From: Rebecca billardiae RCC1528
Taxonomy: Eukaryota; Protista; Haptophyta
Direction of reading: 5' to 3'
Length of the DNA stretch: 64,000 bases
Assembly (NCBI GenBank): GCA_965240325.2
Contig: OZ251229.1
Span: 1,736,001-1,800,000 of the forward strand
Shown: positions 16,563-27,942 of the stretch, piece after piece
Layout: the number at the start of each line of letters is the position of its first letter
Position numbering within the stretch: the stretch's first letter is position 1
Position numbers and translations under genes: made by a program
Notes under the pieces: model-generated
Told to the model about the DNA's origin: nothing
The model's input: only the letters and a program-made list of their open reading frames with translations
The model's database searches: none

Positions 16563-18641
16563 ATGCGCCTCCTCCTCAGCGCGCTCGTCGCGTGCGCCGC
16601 GGCGTCGGCGGCGGCGGCCGAGGCGTGCACGGCGTCCGGCCAGGACCCATGGCTCGGCGGCACCCACGCGCACTGCTGCGAGGGCCTCACCGAGTGCAAG
16701 TCTGACTGGGACTCGGACGGCGTGTCGAGCTTCCTCTGCCTCGCGTCGTGCGGCGGTCCGCCGGAGCCGAGCATGTGCACGGGCTCGGCGTCCAACCCGT
16801 GGGCGTCGGGCGCGGAGAAGCTGTGCTGCGATGGCCTGCGCCCGTGCTTCGGCGACTGGAACGCCGACGGCCTCGCCGGCTTCCTCTGCCTCGCAAGCTG
16901 CGACGCGCTGCCCCAAGGCTCGCAGCTCTGCACAGAATCGGGCGCCGACCCGTACTCGAGCGGCGCGATCCGACCGTGCTGCGCCGGGCTCGAGCGCTGC
17001 GTGTACGCGTTCGACGGCCCGACGAAGCCCGCCTCGTGGCAGTGCCTCCCCGACTGCGCCGCGCTGTGGGCGCCGTCCGCGCCGCCCGCGCCTTCGGCGC
17101 CGCCCGCGCCGTCCGCGCCGCCCGCGCCGTCGGCGCCGCCCGCCGTGGAGGCCGGCATCGCCACGTGCGAGTCGGTGGGCGACCCGCACTTCCGCACGTT
17201 CGACGGCGCGCGGTACGACTACCAGGGCCTCGGCACGCACGAGCTGGCGCACGTCCCCGCCAGCGGCCTGCGCGTGCACGCGTACCACTGCCGCTGGGGC
17301 GCCGCGGCCGCCGCGAACGCGGCCGTCGCGTGGACGCTCGGGGCTCACACCTTCGAGCTCTACGGCGACGTGTTGCTCGTGGACGGCGAGGTGCCGCCCT
17401 TCTTCCTGGCGGGGCTCGAGCCGGGCGACGCGCCGAGCGAGGACGGCACGGTGCGCGGCTCGCGATGCGACTACAACCTCGCCGACGGCACGCGGCTCGA
17501 GCTGGGCGGCGGCGGAGGCGCGCTGCTCGACGTTGTGCGCACCACGCTCGGCCGCACGAGCGTGCGCGCGTTCCGCCGCTCGGGCGGCCGCTTCGCCACG
17601 GGGCACTGGTACGACGTGTACGTGCGCACGCCCGAGTCGCACGTGGCCGACGACTCGGGCGTCAACGGCCTGTGCGCGGACCCGCTCGCGCCCGAGCGCC
17701 ACCTGCTGCTCGGCGACGGCCTCTTCAGCGCGGCCGCGGATGCGCACAAGGCGACCGTGGCAGCGTGCGACGCCGCCGCCGCGAACGCGGGCGGCAGCGC
17801 GTGCGAGCGGCCCGGCACGGATTGCTGCCTGATGGACTGGGGCCGGGCGTCCCGGCTGTGCGCACACGTCGCGTGCGACTCCGTCGCGTACCACAGCTGC
17901 CTGTACGACTGCTGCGCCGCCGGCATCGACGAGTGCCGGGGAGCGTACCCCGAGCCCGCGCCGTGCGCTCCTTGCACGCCCCCGTTCGGCGACCCCTGGC
18001 TGAGCTACCCCGAGAAGCTGGGCTGTTGCGAGGGGCTGCAGGAGTGCCTCGGCGACTTTGACGGGGTGCCGCAGACGCCCTGGACGTTCCAGTGCCTCGA
18101 CGACTGCCCGCCGGTGTCCACGGCGCCGTCCGCGCCGCCCGCGCCGTCCGCGCCGCCGGCACCACCGCCCGCGCCGCGCTCGCCGCCGCCGTTGGCAGAT
18201 GTGTACTGCCCCCGCTGCCACGAGGGCGGCGCGTGCAGCGGCGCGTGCTGCTGGACGGACGCGGTGGACATGGGCACGAGCGGCTGCCATCCTGAGTGGA
18301 GTGAGTGGATCTGCCAGAACCGCCCCTCTGGTAACCACGTGTGGTGCGCTGAAGCCGACAGCGGCAGCGGCGTCGGCGACGGCAGCGACGAAGGCGGCGA
18401 TGGCGGCGACGGCGGCGGCTCGGTCGGCGGTTCCGGCGCGGACGACGTCGAGGATCTCGTCTCCGAGTATTGCCCGCGGTGCAACTACGGCGGCGCGTGC
18501 CACAACGCGTGCTGCAGCATCGAGGCAGCGGACGAGGCGATGACTGGCTGCTTCCCCGACTGGCCGGAGATGATGTGCCGGCTGCAGGCCGAGAGCAGCG
18601 CCACCGAGTACCGACTGAAGTACGTCTGGTGCGAGCCGTGA
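16563..18641 (+). CDS. Cys-rich secreted VWD-domain protein, copy 2 (full length)
   Basis: Near-identical to copy 1 at a 1900-bp offset, plus two YCPRC..GGAC..ACC modules at the C-terminus. Confidence 0.85.
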   Translation: MRLLLSALVACAAASAAAAEACTASGQDPWLGGTHAHCCEGLTECKSDWDSDGVSSFLCLASCGGPPEPSMCTGSASNPWASGAEKLCCDGLRPCFGDWNADGLAGFLCLASCDALPQGSQLCTESGADPYSSGAIRPCCAGLERCVYAFDGPTKPASWQCLPDCAALWAPSAPPAPSAPPAPSAPPAPSAPPAVEAGIATCESVGDPHFRTFDGARYDYQGLGTHELAHVPASGLRVHAYHCRWGAAAAANAAVAWTLGAHTFELYGDVLLVDGEVPPFFLAGLEPGDAPSEDGTVRGSRCDYNLADGTRLELGGGGGALLDVVRTTLGRTSVRAFRRSGGRFATGHWYDVYVRTPESHVADDSGVNGLCADPLAPERHLLLGDGLFSAAADAHKATVAACDAAAANAGGSACERPGTDCCLMDWGRASRLCAHVACDSVAYHSCLYDCCAAGIDECRGAYPEPAPCAPCTPPFGDPWLSYPEKLGCCEGLQECLGDFDGVPQTPWTFQCLDDCPPVSTAPSAPPAPSAPPAPPPAPRSPPPLADVYCPRCHEGGACSGACCWTDAVDMGTSGCHPEWSEWICQNRPSGNHVWCAEADSGSGVGDGSDEGGDGGDGGGSVGGSGADDVEDLVSEYCPRCNYGGACHNACCSIEAADEAMTGCFPDWPEMMCRLQAESSATEYRLKYVWCEP

Positions 18642-18700
18642 GTTTTCACGCCGGCCGAACGAACGGTGGGACGACCGATAATCGTCATGCAGCATCGTCG

Positions 18701-20393
18701 TCAATGATATCCATCTCGAGTAGTATAGCTACCGAACGACTCATTGGCGTGAAAACCCCATTTTCTGGCCTGTCCGGGCGGAAAATCCGGCTGCTCAGCT
18801 CCGCCCCGGACTGGACCCGGACAGCATACGTAGTATCTAGCCAGCTTGCTGCCCGCCCGCGCGTGCACCCCACACCGCTCGCGGTGTGTCCGCCAGTCGC
18901 GCCGCTGGCACTCCTCGCTGTGCATCCGCAGGAGCGCACGCGAGACGCGCGCGTACATTGGACAGGCCGGGCGCGCAAGGGACGTGTCAGCATCATCGTG
19001 CAAGGCCATACATCGGCACAGCGCGCGCACGGCGCTCGCGCGCCGCAGCGCCGCACCTGCAGTCTACCACCGCCTTGCAACGCCCGCACCGACGGCCGCC
19101 GCAGCCACCGCACGCGGCTCACGGGCGCGTGGGCGCGCGCAGCGGCACTTGCCCGCGTTCGACCGCGCATGGCAGTACGTGCTCCACCCACAGCCGCTGC
19201 ACAGCGCCCGAGTGCACGCCGCCAAACCGCGCGTCCGCGGCCAGCTCGTACCCCAGCGACAGCAGCTCCACAGCGCGAGCGCGCGCGGGTGCTGGGAAGA
19301 GGTGGTGGGTCTTGGGGCTCCACGGGCCGGCTGCGGCGACCACGGCCGCCGCGGCGCCGTGGTGCGGATCCATGGCGAGAGTGGAGTAGGCCAGCGCGAG
19401 GGGCGACGACTTGCCATCGGCGCTGAGGGCGTCGGTGTCGGTGAGCGCGCGCAGCTGCGCCACCGCCTCCGCCTCGCTCAGCAGCTCGACGTGGTGCAGG
19501 GCAGTGGGCCAGTGACACGCGCGCTCGAGCCAGGCAGAGAGCTCGGCATCAAACTCGCCACCCTCCATTCGAGTAGTGTCGCGTAACTTCTGCCGTTCAC
19601 CGAGATCGACCATGCCTTCCCCGCGCAGCGCCTGGGCCTTGCACAGCAGCTGCACCACCTGCAGCCGCTCAGCGGGCGTGTGGTCAGTGCGCTGCGCAGG
19701 TTGCATCCTGATCGCGAATGACAGCAGAGGCAACTGCGTGCGTGGGACAAGGGCGCTTGGGAGCTCGTAAAGCTGCGCAACGATATGCATGTCTGCACGC
19801 GCGCTGAGCAGCAGCTGCACGCACGGCGCGTGCAGCTCGCGCACCGCCTCGAAAAGCGGCGGCGGCATGCCTTCATCTCCGTCGATGCGGTTGACGTTTG
19901 CGCGCGCTGTGATCAGCAGCTGCACGCACTCGGCGTGGCCGAAGGTGCAGCACCCAGAGATGGCCCGAAATCCTTTCGAATCATGCCGGTCGACGCTCGC
20001 GCCTGCGTCGAGCAGGGCGCGCACGCACTCCGCATCGCCTTGCATGGACGCGACGTGGAGCGCTGTCCACGTGTTGCCGGTGATGGCATCCGGGTCAGCG
20101 TTCGCCCGGAGGAGGAGCTGCGCGCATACTGCATGATCGCCGGCGAGACATGCGCAATGCAACGCGTAGCCCTGAAGCTCCTGCTTGCCCTTGATGTGGA
20201 TTCTAGCGCCCGCCTCGAGGAGCAGCCGGGCGCACTCGGCCTGTCCGTTCCCGCATGCGCACATGAGAGCGGTGCCACCGCTTGCGTCGTGGCGGTCGAG
20301 ATCGCCGCCCAGTGCCAGGAGCGACTCGAGCTTGTGCACATCGCCAATTGCGCAAGCGCCCATCATGTCCCACGTCAGCTCCTCGGGAGTCAT
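18701..20393 (-). CDS. Ankyrin-repeat protein with C-terminal MYND zinc finger, interrupted by in-frame TGA at 19119-19121; intron 18918-19056
   Basis: Ankyrin repeats (GGTALMCACGNG, WTALHVASMQG). Beyond the TGA the frame continues AACGGCGGRRCGRCKAVVDC and, after splicing, SEECQRRDWRTHRERC, which matches MYND Cys/His spacing. Confidence 0.75.
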
Positions 20394-21469
20394 TGCCTCG
20401 GGGCAGAGCCGCCGCTGTGCACGGCGCGCGTCGCGGTCCTCGCGTAGCTTTTGGCGGGAGAATGATGGGCGGCCAAGGACTTTGGCGCCTTCGCGGCGCC
20501 CTCGCCTTGGTCACCAAATGACTGACGCGAGCAGAGCTGCCGGACAGGCATTTCCGGATGCCACACCGTGGAGCGGTACGGTGATACGTACTCATTCCAA
20601 GGGTAGTCGGAGGGTGAGCAACTCCGCTGGCGACAGCCGCGGAGGTCGGTCGGGCTCTGTTTGCCTCGGCGCCCGGTGCAGTAAGGTCTGGCGTTTGCCA
20701 CTGGCGACTGCACACGGCAACAGGGGCGTTTGCGCCCTGTTGTCGTGTGCACACTGGGGCGCAAAAGGGGTCACCCTCAGGGGGTTTCGCACTGCTGTTG
20801 CCGTGTGCACCGGCCCGCTGCACCGGCCCGCTGTGGCCGTGCACACGGCAACAGGGCGCAAACGGCCCTGTTGCCGTGTGCAGGCGTGCATGGCTTGCGA
20901 TGGCAGCCAGCCGTCAGCAGGGCGCCACGCCCACTGTTCGTTGGTAGGCTGGCCCGATGGCGTCGCGGAGCTCACGCGTACGGGGGAGGAGGGCATCGAC
21001 GAGGAGACGACCAAGGGCGAGAAGCAGCAGGGGGCACGCAGCACGGGGCTCGGAGCATGCCGCGAGCACGCGTGCCTCCACACCGTCGCACATCAACCTT
21101 GCTCGTAGCTGTGCGCTGTGCTGCCACTCATCTCACCATCGCCCATGCTACGGGCGCGGCCGGGTGGTGGGCATCTACCTGTCGGCGCAGCACTGGCACC
21201 GGTGGTCGCCAGACACTCCTCGACTTGCTCTGCGCGTCACAGCAAGGAGACGGCAGCGGCACAGCTGTGTGAGCTCGCAGATGAAGTGCTCCTCTGCTTT
21301 GCGAGGCTGAGAGGCTGAGCACGCGTGGCGAGCGCTGGCATTCCCCCGCATTCATGAGACCAACAGGTACATAGCCGTGCCCAGGAGCGCAGGACCAACC
21401 GCCGGGTGCTGCTTCAAACACCTGCGCCCCACTCTGCCGGCAGGCTGAGGGGCGCTCTACTCTATGCTG

Positions 21470-22900
21470 CACGCGGCAGCAGCAGCTGGGCCGTTGGGAT
21501 GGTCCTGCACGGATGACGGCGGTCGCCGCGGCTGACAGCTTGGTGTCACTGGTTCGAAGGGCCTGGACGACGGACGCGCCGAGCGTGGTGACGCTGCTCG
21601 ATGCGCCCACGGCACTGCCAAGCGCGCTGGAGCCGCTGCCTCGAGCACTACTGTGCCCGCGCCCAGCTTGGGCAGCAGCAGCTGCGCTCAACTCCGCGCC
21701 GCGTGCCGTGGCAGCAGCAGGGATGGTGCCACGGCGGCCGGCGGCGGTCGACGGAGCTGTCGGCTCGGCGGTGCACGCCCGAGGGGCCTGGGCGGTGGGC
21801 GCACCGAACGCGGTGCCGCTGCTCGCCTCGCCCATGGCGCTGGAGCCGCTGCCATCCGACGCTGCTGCGCCCGCGCCAAGCTTGCGCAGCAGCGGCTGCG
21901 CTCGACTCCGCGCCGCGTGGGGCGGCAGCACCAGGGATGGTGCTACGGCGGGCGACGACGGTCGCTAGAGCTGAAAGCTCGGCGGTGCACGCCCGAGGGG
22001 CCTGGGCGGTGGGCGCACCGAACGCGGTGCCGCTGCTCGCCTCGCCCATGGCGCTCGAGCCGCTGCCATCCGACGCTGCTGCGCCCGCGCCAAGCTTGGG
22101 CAGCAGCGGCTGCGCTCGACTCCGCGCAGAGTGCGGCGGCAGCAGCAGGGATGGTGCTACGGTGGGCGACGACGGTCGCTAGAGCTGAAAGCTCGGCGGT
22201 GTGCGCCTGAGGGGCCTGGGCGGTGGGCGCACCGAACGCGGTGCCGCTGCTCGCCTCGCCCATGGCGCTGGAGCCGCTGCCATCCGACGCTGCTGCACCC
22301 GCGCCAAGCTTGGGCAGCAGCGGCTGCGCTCGACTCCGCGCAGAGTGCGGCGGCAGCAGCAGGGATGGTGCCACGGCGGGCGGCGGCGGTCGACGGAGCT
22401 GTCGGCTCGGCGGTGCACGCCCGAGGGGCCTGGGCGCTGGACGCACCGAACGCGGTGCCGCTGCTCGCCTCGCCCATGGCGCTGGAGCCGCTGCCATCCG
22501 ACGCGGCTGCACCCGCGCCAAGCTTGCGCAGCAGCGGCTGCGCTCGACTCCGCGCCGCGTGGGGCGGCAGCAGCAGGGATGGTGCTACGGTGGGCGACGA
22601 CGCTAGAGCTGAAAGCTCGGCGGTGTGCGCCTGAGGGGCCTGGGCGGTGGGTGCATTGAGCGCGCTGACGCCTCTCGCCTCGCCCGGCGCGCTCGAGCCG
22701 CTGCCATCCGATGCTGCCGCGCCCGCGCCCTGTCGCGCCGAGTGCGGCTGCAGCATCAGGGATGGCGCCACGGCGGGCGGGCGGCGGTGCATGCAGCTAG
22801 CAGCTCGGTGCTGCACGCGCGAGGGGCCTGGGCGGCAGACGCGCGCAATGCAGTGACGCTGATGCACGCGTCAGGCGCGCTGGCCAGCCCCCGGAGCTGT
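21470..22900 (+). repeat. 214-bp tandem array, left arm of element C (~6-7 units)
   Basis: gggatgg recurs at 21720, 21934, 22148, 22362 and 22576. Confidence 0.9.
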
Positions 22901-23649
22901 TGCTACGACACTTCTTCTGTCCTGCTGCGAGCCGAGCCGCCAGCAGGTTCCGGGGCGGGCAATGCCGGTCAGCTCATATTCATAAGGCCGGCGGCGCATA
23001 CCAGTCGTAGCCCGGCAGGTAGGCGATGCAGAAGTTATCAGCAGCATCATGCATCGTCATCACTACATCAGCATCTGCCTAGACGAGTACGTAAGAACTC
23101 TTTAAATTATCCACGCGTACTACGGCACCGAGCATATATCTCGAATCATCGTCAATCTGCTCCGACTAGCCGTTCAGAGCGGTACTCCGACTACGACGAT
23201 GCATCAGCCAGCTCCGGGGCGGCGGCTGTCCGACACTCTGCCGTCATGTGCGTATATATATATAAGTGACTCTTACTCCACCTAGCGGTCTATCCGGATC
23301 GGTACCCTGGCGGCGGTGTTGTCGTCTGTCCGCCGTCACAGCCTGACTGCTCGCGTAGCTAGTCACTTATCAGTGATGTGATGGTCTCGTCGTCCGCGTC
23401 CGGCCGGACTGTCGCGACGACAAGTCGTGCTGGGCCTGGCGGCTCACAGTGTAAGTTAGTAGAAGCTAACTCATCAATGTAAGAGCATCAGTAGTGAGCA
23501 GCAGCAGTAGCAGCTCGACTGCTGGCGTCATCACCGTGCTACACTCCGGCGCGACACGGTCACGGTCAGCTGGTCAGCAGTCTATACTTATACGCCGGGA
23601 CCGTAGTACTGTAGTAGAGTACGTATGATACGTAGTTTTAACGACGACC

Positions 23650-26060
23650 GGTCGGCGCGCGTGCCAAGCAGCACTCAGCACCGCCCGACCACCGCCGCCG
23701 GCTTGGCCGTGGCACCTCCCTGCTGCTACCACCGCATGCGGCGCGAAGCCTCCGGAGCGCAGCTGCTGCCAGGCCTGCCAGCTGCAGCCGTGCAGCGGCG
23801 CCGGGGCACGGGCGCAGCGGCATCGGATGGCAGAGGCTCGAGCGCGCTACGGAACGAGGCGAGCGGCTACACCGCGCTCGGTGCGTCCAGCGCCCACGCC
23901 TCTCGGGTGGGCACTGCCAAGCTTTCAGCTGCTGCGGCCGCCCGCCGTGGCACCATCCCTGCTGCTGCTGCCGCACGCGGCGCGGAGTGGAGCGCTGCTG
24001 CTGCTGCCCTGGCCGGGCGCGGGCGCAGCAGCACTGGATGGCAGCGGCTCCAGCGCTATGGGCGAGGCGAGCAGCGGCACCGCGCTCGGTGCGTCCAGCG
24101 CCCAGGCCCCTCGGGCGTGCACCGCCGAGCTGCCGGCTGCAGCAACCACCGCCGCCCGCCGTGCCACCATCCCTGCTGCTGCTGCCGCACGCGGTGCGGA
24201 GTCGAGCGCAGCCGCTGCTGCCCAAGCTGGGCGCGGGCGCAGCAGCGTCGGATGGCAGCGGCTCGAGGCGCCATGGGCGAGGCGAGCAGCGGCACCGCGT
24301 TCGGTGCGCCCACCGCCCAGGCCCCTCGGGCGTGCGCTGCCGAGCCGACAGCTGCGTCGACCGCCGCCGCCCGCCGTGGCACCATCCCTGCTGCTGCCGC
24401 CGCACGCGGCGCGGAGTCAGGCGCGGCTGCTGCTGCCCAAGCTGGGCGCTGGTGCAGCAGCATCGGATGGCAGCGGCTCCAGCGCGCTGCGGGAGGCGAG
24501 CAGCGGCACCGCGCTCGGTGCGCCCACCGCCCAGGCCCCTCGGGCGTGCACCGCCGAGCTTTCAGCTGCGTCGACCGCCGCCACCCGCCGTGGCACCATC
24601 CCTGCTGCTGCCGCCGCACGCGGCGCGGAGTCAGGCGCGGCTACTGCTGCCCAAGCTGGGCGCTGGTGCAGCAGCATCGGATGGCAGCGGCTCGAGCGCG
24701 CTGCGGGAGGCCAGCGGGGACACCGCGCTCGGTGCGTCCAACGCCTAGGCCCCTCGGGCGCACACCGCCGAGCTTTCAGCTCCGTCGACCGCCGCCGCCC
24801 GCCGTGGCACCATCCCTGCTGCTGCCGCCGCACGCGGCGCGGAGTCGAGCGCAGCTGCTGCTGCCCAAGCTGGGCGCAAGCGCAGCAGCGTCGGATGGCA
24901 GGGCTCCAGCGCGCTGCGGGAGGCGAGCGGCGATGGCGCGCTCAGCGCGTCTGCAGCCCAGGCCCCTCGGGCGTGCGCCACCGAGCTGCCGGCTGCAGCA
25001 ACCGCCGCCGCCCACAGTGGCACCATTCCTGCTGCTGCTGCCGCACGCGGCGCGGAGTCGAGCGCCGCTGCTGCTGCTGCCCCAGCTGGGCGTGGGCGCA
25101 CCAGCACCGGATGGCAGCGGCTCGAGCGCCATGGGCGAGGCGAGCAGCGGCACCGCGCTCGGTGCGTCCAGCACCCACGCCCCTCGGGCGCACACCGCCG
25201 AGCTTTCAGCTCCAGCGACCCACGCCGCCCGCCCTGGCACCATCCCTGCTGCTGCCGCCGCACTCGGCGCGGAGTCGAGCGCAGCCGCTGCTGCCCAAGC
25301 TTGGCGCGTGCGCAGCAGCGTCGGATGGCAGCGGCTCGAGCGCCATGGGCGAGGCGAGCAGCGGCACCGCGCTCGGTGCGCCCACCGCCCAGGCCCCTCG
25401 GGCGCACACAGCCGAGTTTTCAGCTCCAGCAACCGCCGCCGCCCACCGTGGCACCATCCCTGCTGCTGCTGCCGCACGCGGCGCGGAGTCTAGCGCAGCC
25501 GCTGCTGCCCAAGCTGGGCGCGGGCGCAGCAGCGTCGGATGGCAGCGGCTCCAGCGCGCTGCGGGAGGCGAGCAGTGACACCGCGCTCGGTGCATCCAAT
25601 GCCCGGGCCCCTCGGGCGCGCACCGCCGAGCTGACAGCTGCGCCGACCCACGCCGCCCGCCGTGGCACCATCCCTGCTGCTGCAGCCAATGCGGCGCGGA
25701 GTCAAGTGCAGCTGCAGCTGGGCCCCAGCTGGGCGCGGGCACAGCAGCACCAGATGGCAGCGGCTCCAGCGCGCTGGGCAGTGCCGTGGTCGTGTGGAGC
25801 AACGTCACGGCGCTCGGCGCGTCCATCGACGAGGCCCCTCGAGCGAGCGACACCGAGCTGTCATCTGCGGCGAAAGCCGTCATCCGCCGCGGGACCATTC
25901 CAGCAGCTGCTGCCGCATGCAGTGCAGACTCGAGCGTGGCTGCCGCTGGTGTTGGCGGCCCGGATGGGCGCGGGTGCAGCATCATCAGGTGCCAGCGACC
26001 CCATCGCGGCGGGCGCGATGGGCCAGGTCGCTGCGTTTGGCGCGCCATTGCCCAGGCCGT
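23650..26060 (-). repeat. Inverted 214-bp tandem array, right arm of element C (~11 units)
   Basis: caccatccc recurs at about 214-bp spacing from 23951 to ~25666; it is the reverse complement of the left array unit. Confidence 0.9.
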
Positions 26061-27942
26061 TCAAGCGAGCACCACCGAGCTGTTAGTTGGAGCAACTGCT
26101 GCCGCCCGTCATTATACTGTACGTACTGCTGCTGCAGCATCAACAGCGCTTATACTGTACGTACTGCTGCTGCAGCATCAACAGCGCCGCTGTTACCAGC
26201 AGCGCTGCGCTCGTGTATCCGAAGCAGCGCCGCATTGATGGTCCTGCGGTCTGAGTAGGGGAGTATGCCAGTAGCTCGCATGCACCTGGAGTGCAGTCCA
26301 TGCCTGTACTGCCTCGCCGAGTACTACTAGAGTAGTAGGACCTCATGTGCTCACGCAGCTGTGCCGCTGCCGTCTCCTTGCTGTGACGCGCAGAGCAAGT
26401 CGAGGAGTGTCTGGCGACCACCGGTGCCAGTGCTGCGCCGACAGGTAGATGCCCACCACCGGGCCGCGCCCGTAGCATGGGCGATGGTGAGATGAGTGGC
26501 AGCACAGCGCACAGCTACGAGCAAGGTTGATGTGCGACGGTATGGAGGCACGCGTGCTCGCTGCATGCTCCGAGCCCCGTGCTGCGTGCCCCCTGCTGCT
26601 TCTCGCCCTTGGTCGTCTCCTCGTCGATGCCCTCCTCCCCCGTACGCGTGAGCTCCGCGACGCCATCGGGCCAGCCTACCAACGAACAGTGGGCGTGGCG
26701 CCCTTGCTGACGGCTGGCTGCCATCGCAAGCCATGCACGCCTGCACACGGCAACAGGGCCGTTTGCGCCCTGTTGCCGTGTGCACGGCCACAGCGGGCCG
26801 GTGCACACGGCAACAGCAGTGCGAAACCCCCTGAGGGTGACCCCTTTTGCGCCCCAGTGTGCACACGACAACAGGGCGCAAACGCCCCTGTTGCCGTGTG
26901 CAGTCGCCAGTGGCAAACGCCAAACCTGGCTGCCCGGTGCGAGCGGAGCGGAGCGAGTACTATCAGCGGCGGAGGGCGCTGAGGCCGCGCACGGCGTGAG
27001 GCGCGGCGTCGGCCGAGTCGGTCTGCAGAGGATGCGCGGCGCTCGGCCCGCTGCGCAGCAGCAGTGTGCCTCACTTTGCCCCGAGCGCCGTCCTCCGCGT
27101 CGCCTCCTTCCCGCCTTGGAGCAGCACGCATGTGCGCGCCGCCACCTCGAAGGCGGCACGGGCTTGCTCAGACGACCGCGCGCGCGTGGCGCGCGACTCG
27201 GTCGACTGCGCGCGCGCGCTGCCGCGGTGCAAGGTAGCGCCACCCCATACGCGCGCCGTGCCCGCGCGTGCCTTTGCTTACGGCCATCTCATGAGCGTAG
27301 TGCTCGTTTGTCTGCTTGCTCTCACGAATGGTTCGCTGTGCCTCACGCCAGCGCTCGTCGGTCGATCAGCGAGGTGTTGAGTGACATTGGATACCCATGA
27401 CGAAGGCCTAGCCGTGTGTATCCCTTCTCAGCACGAATGCAAGCGGACGCTATGGCTCCGCATCGATGGTACCAACACTCACGCCGCTGTCTTTTCCAGC
27501 TTCACGTCACTCAACACTAGTCGGATGCGCAAGCAGCATTAGACATGTGTGTGAGCTCGCACTCACGTCCGCGCACACGCTCTCGCAAGGCCACGGCGCG
27601 CGTATGAGGTGGCGCTACCTTGCACCGCGGCAGCGCGCGCGCGCAGTCGACCGAGTCGCGCGCCACGCGCGCGCGGTCGTCTGAGCAAGCCCGTGCCGCC
27701 TTCGAGGTGGCGGCGCGCACATGCGTGCTGCTCCAAGGCGGGAAGGAGGCGACGCGGAGGACGGCGCTCGGGGCAAAGTGAGGCACACTGCTGCTGCGCA
27801 GCGGGCCGAGCGCCGCGCATCCTCTGCAGACCGACTCGGCCGACGCCGCGCCTCACGCCGTGCGCGGCCTCAGCGCCCTCCGCCGCTGATAGTACTCGCT
27901 CCGCTCCGCTCGCACCGGGCGCCGAGGCAAACAGAGCCCGAC

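Larger units (their letters stand above)
20679..26932. mobile_element. Foldback element C (6254 bp; ~590-bp TIRs plus inverted 214-bp tandem arrays; 7-bp TSD CCCGGTG), inserted in the left TIR of A
   Basis: Ends CAG...CTG; CCCGGTG at 20672-20678 and 26933-26939. 20679-~21275 is the reverse complement of ~26349-26932. Removing it restores A's left TIR to match A's right TIR. Confidence 0.9.

Noticed and set aside
21470-26060. 214-bp arrays as CRISPR or as coding repeats
   Set aside because: No unique spacers and no cas genes; the unit is not a multiple of 3, and the ORFs here are GC-rich noise.
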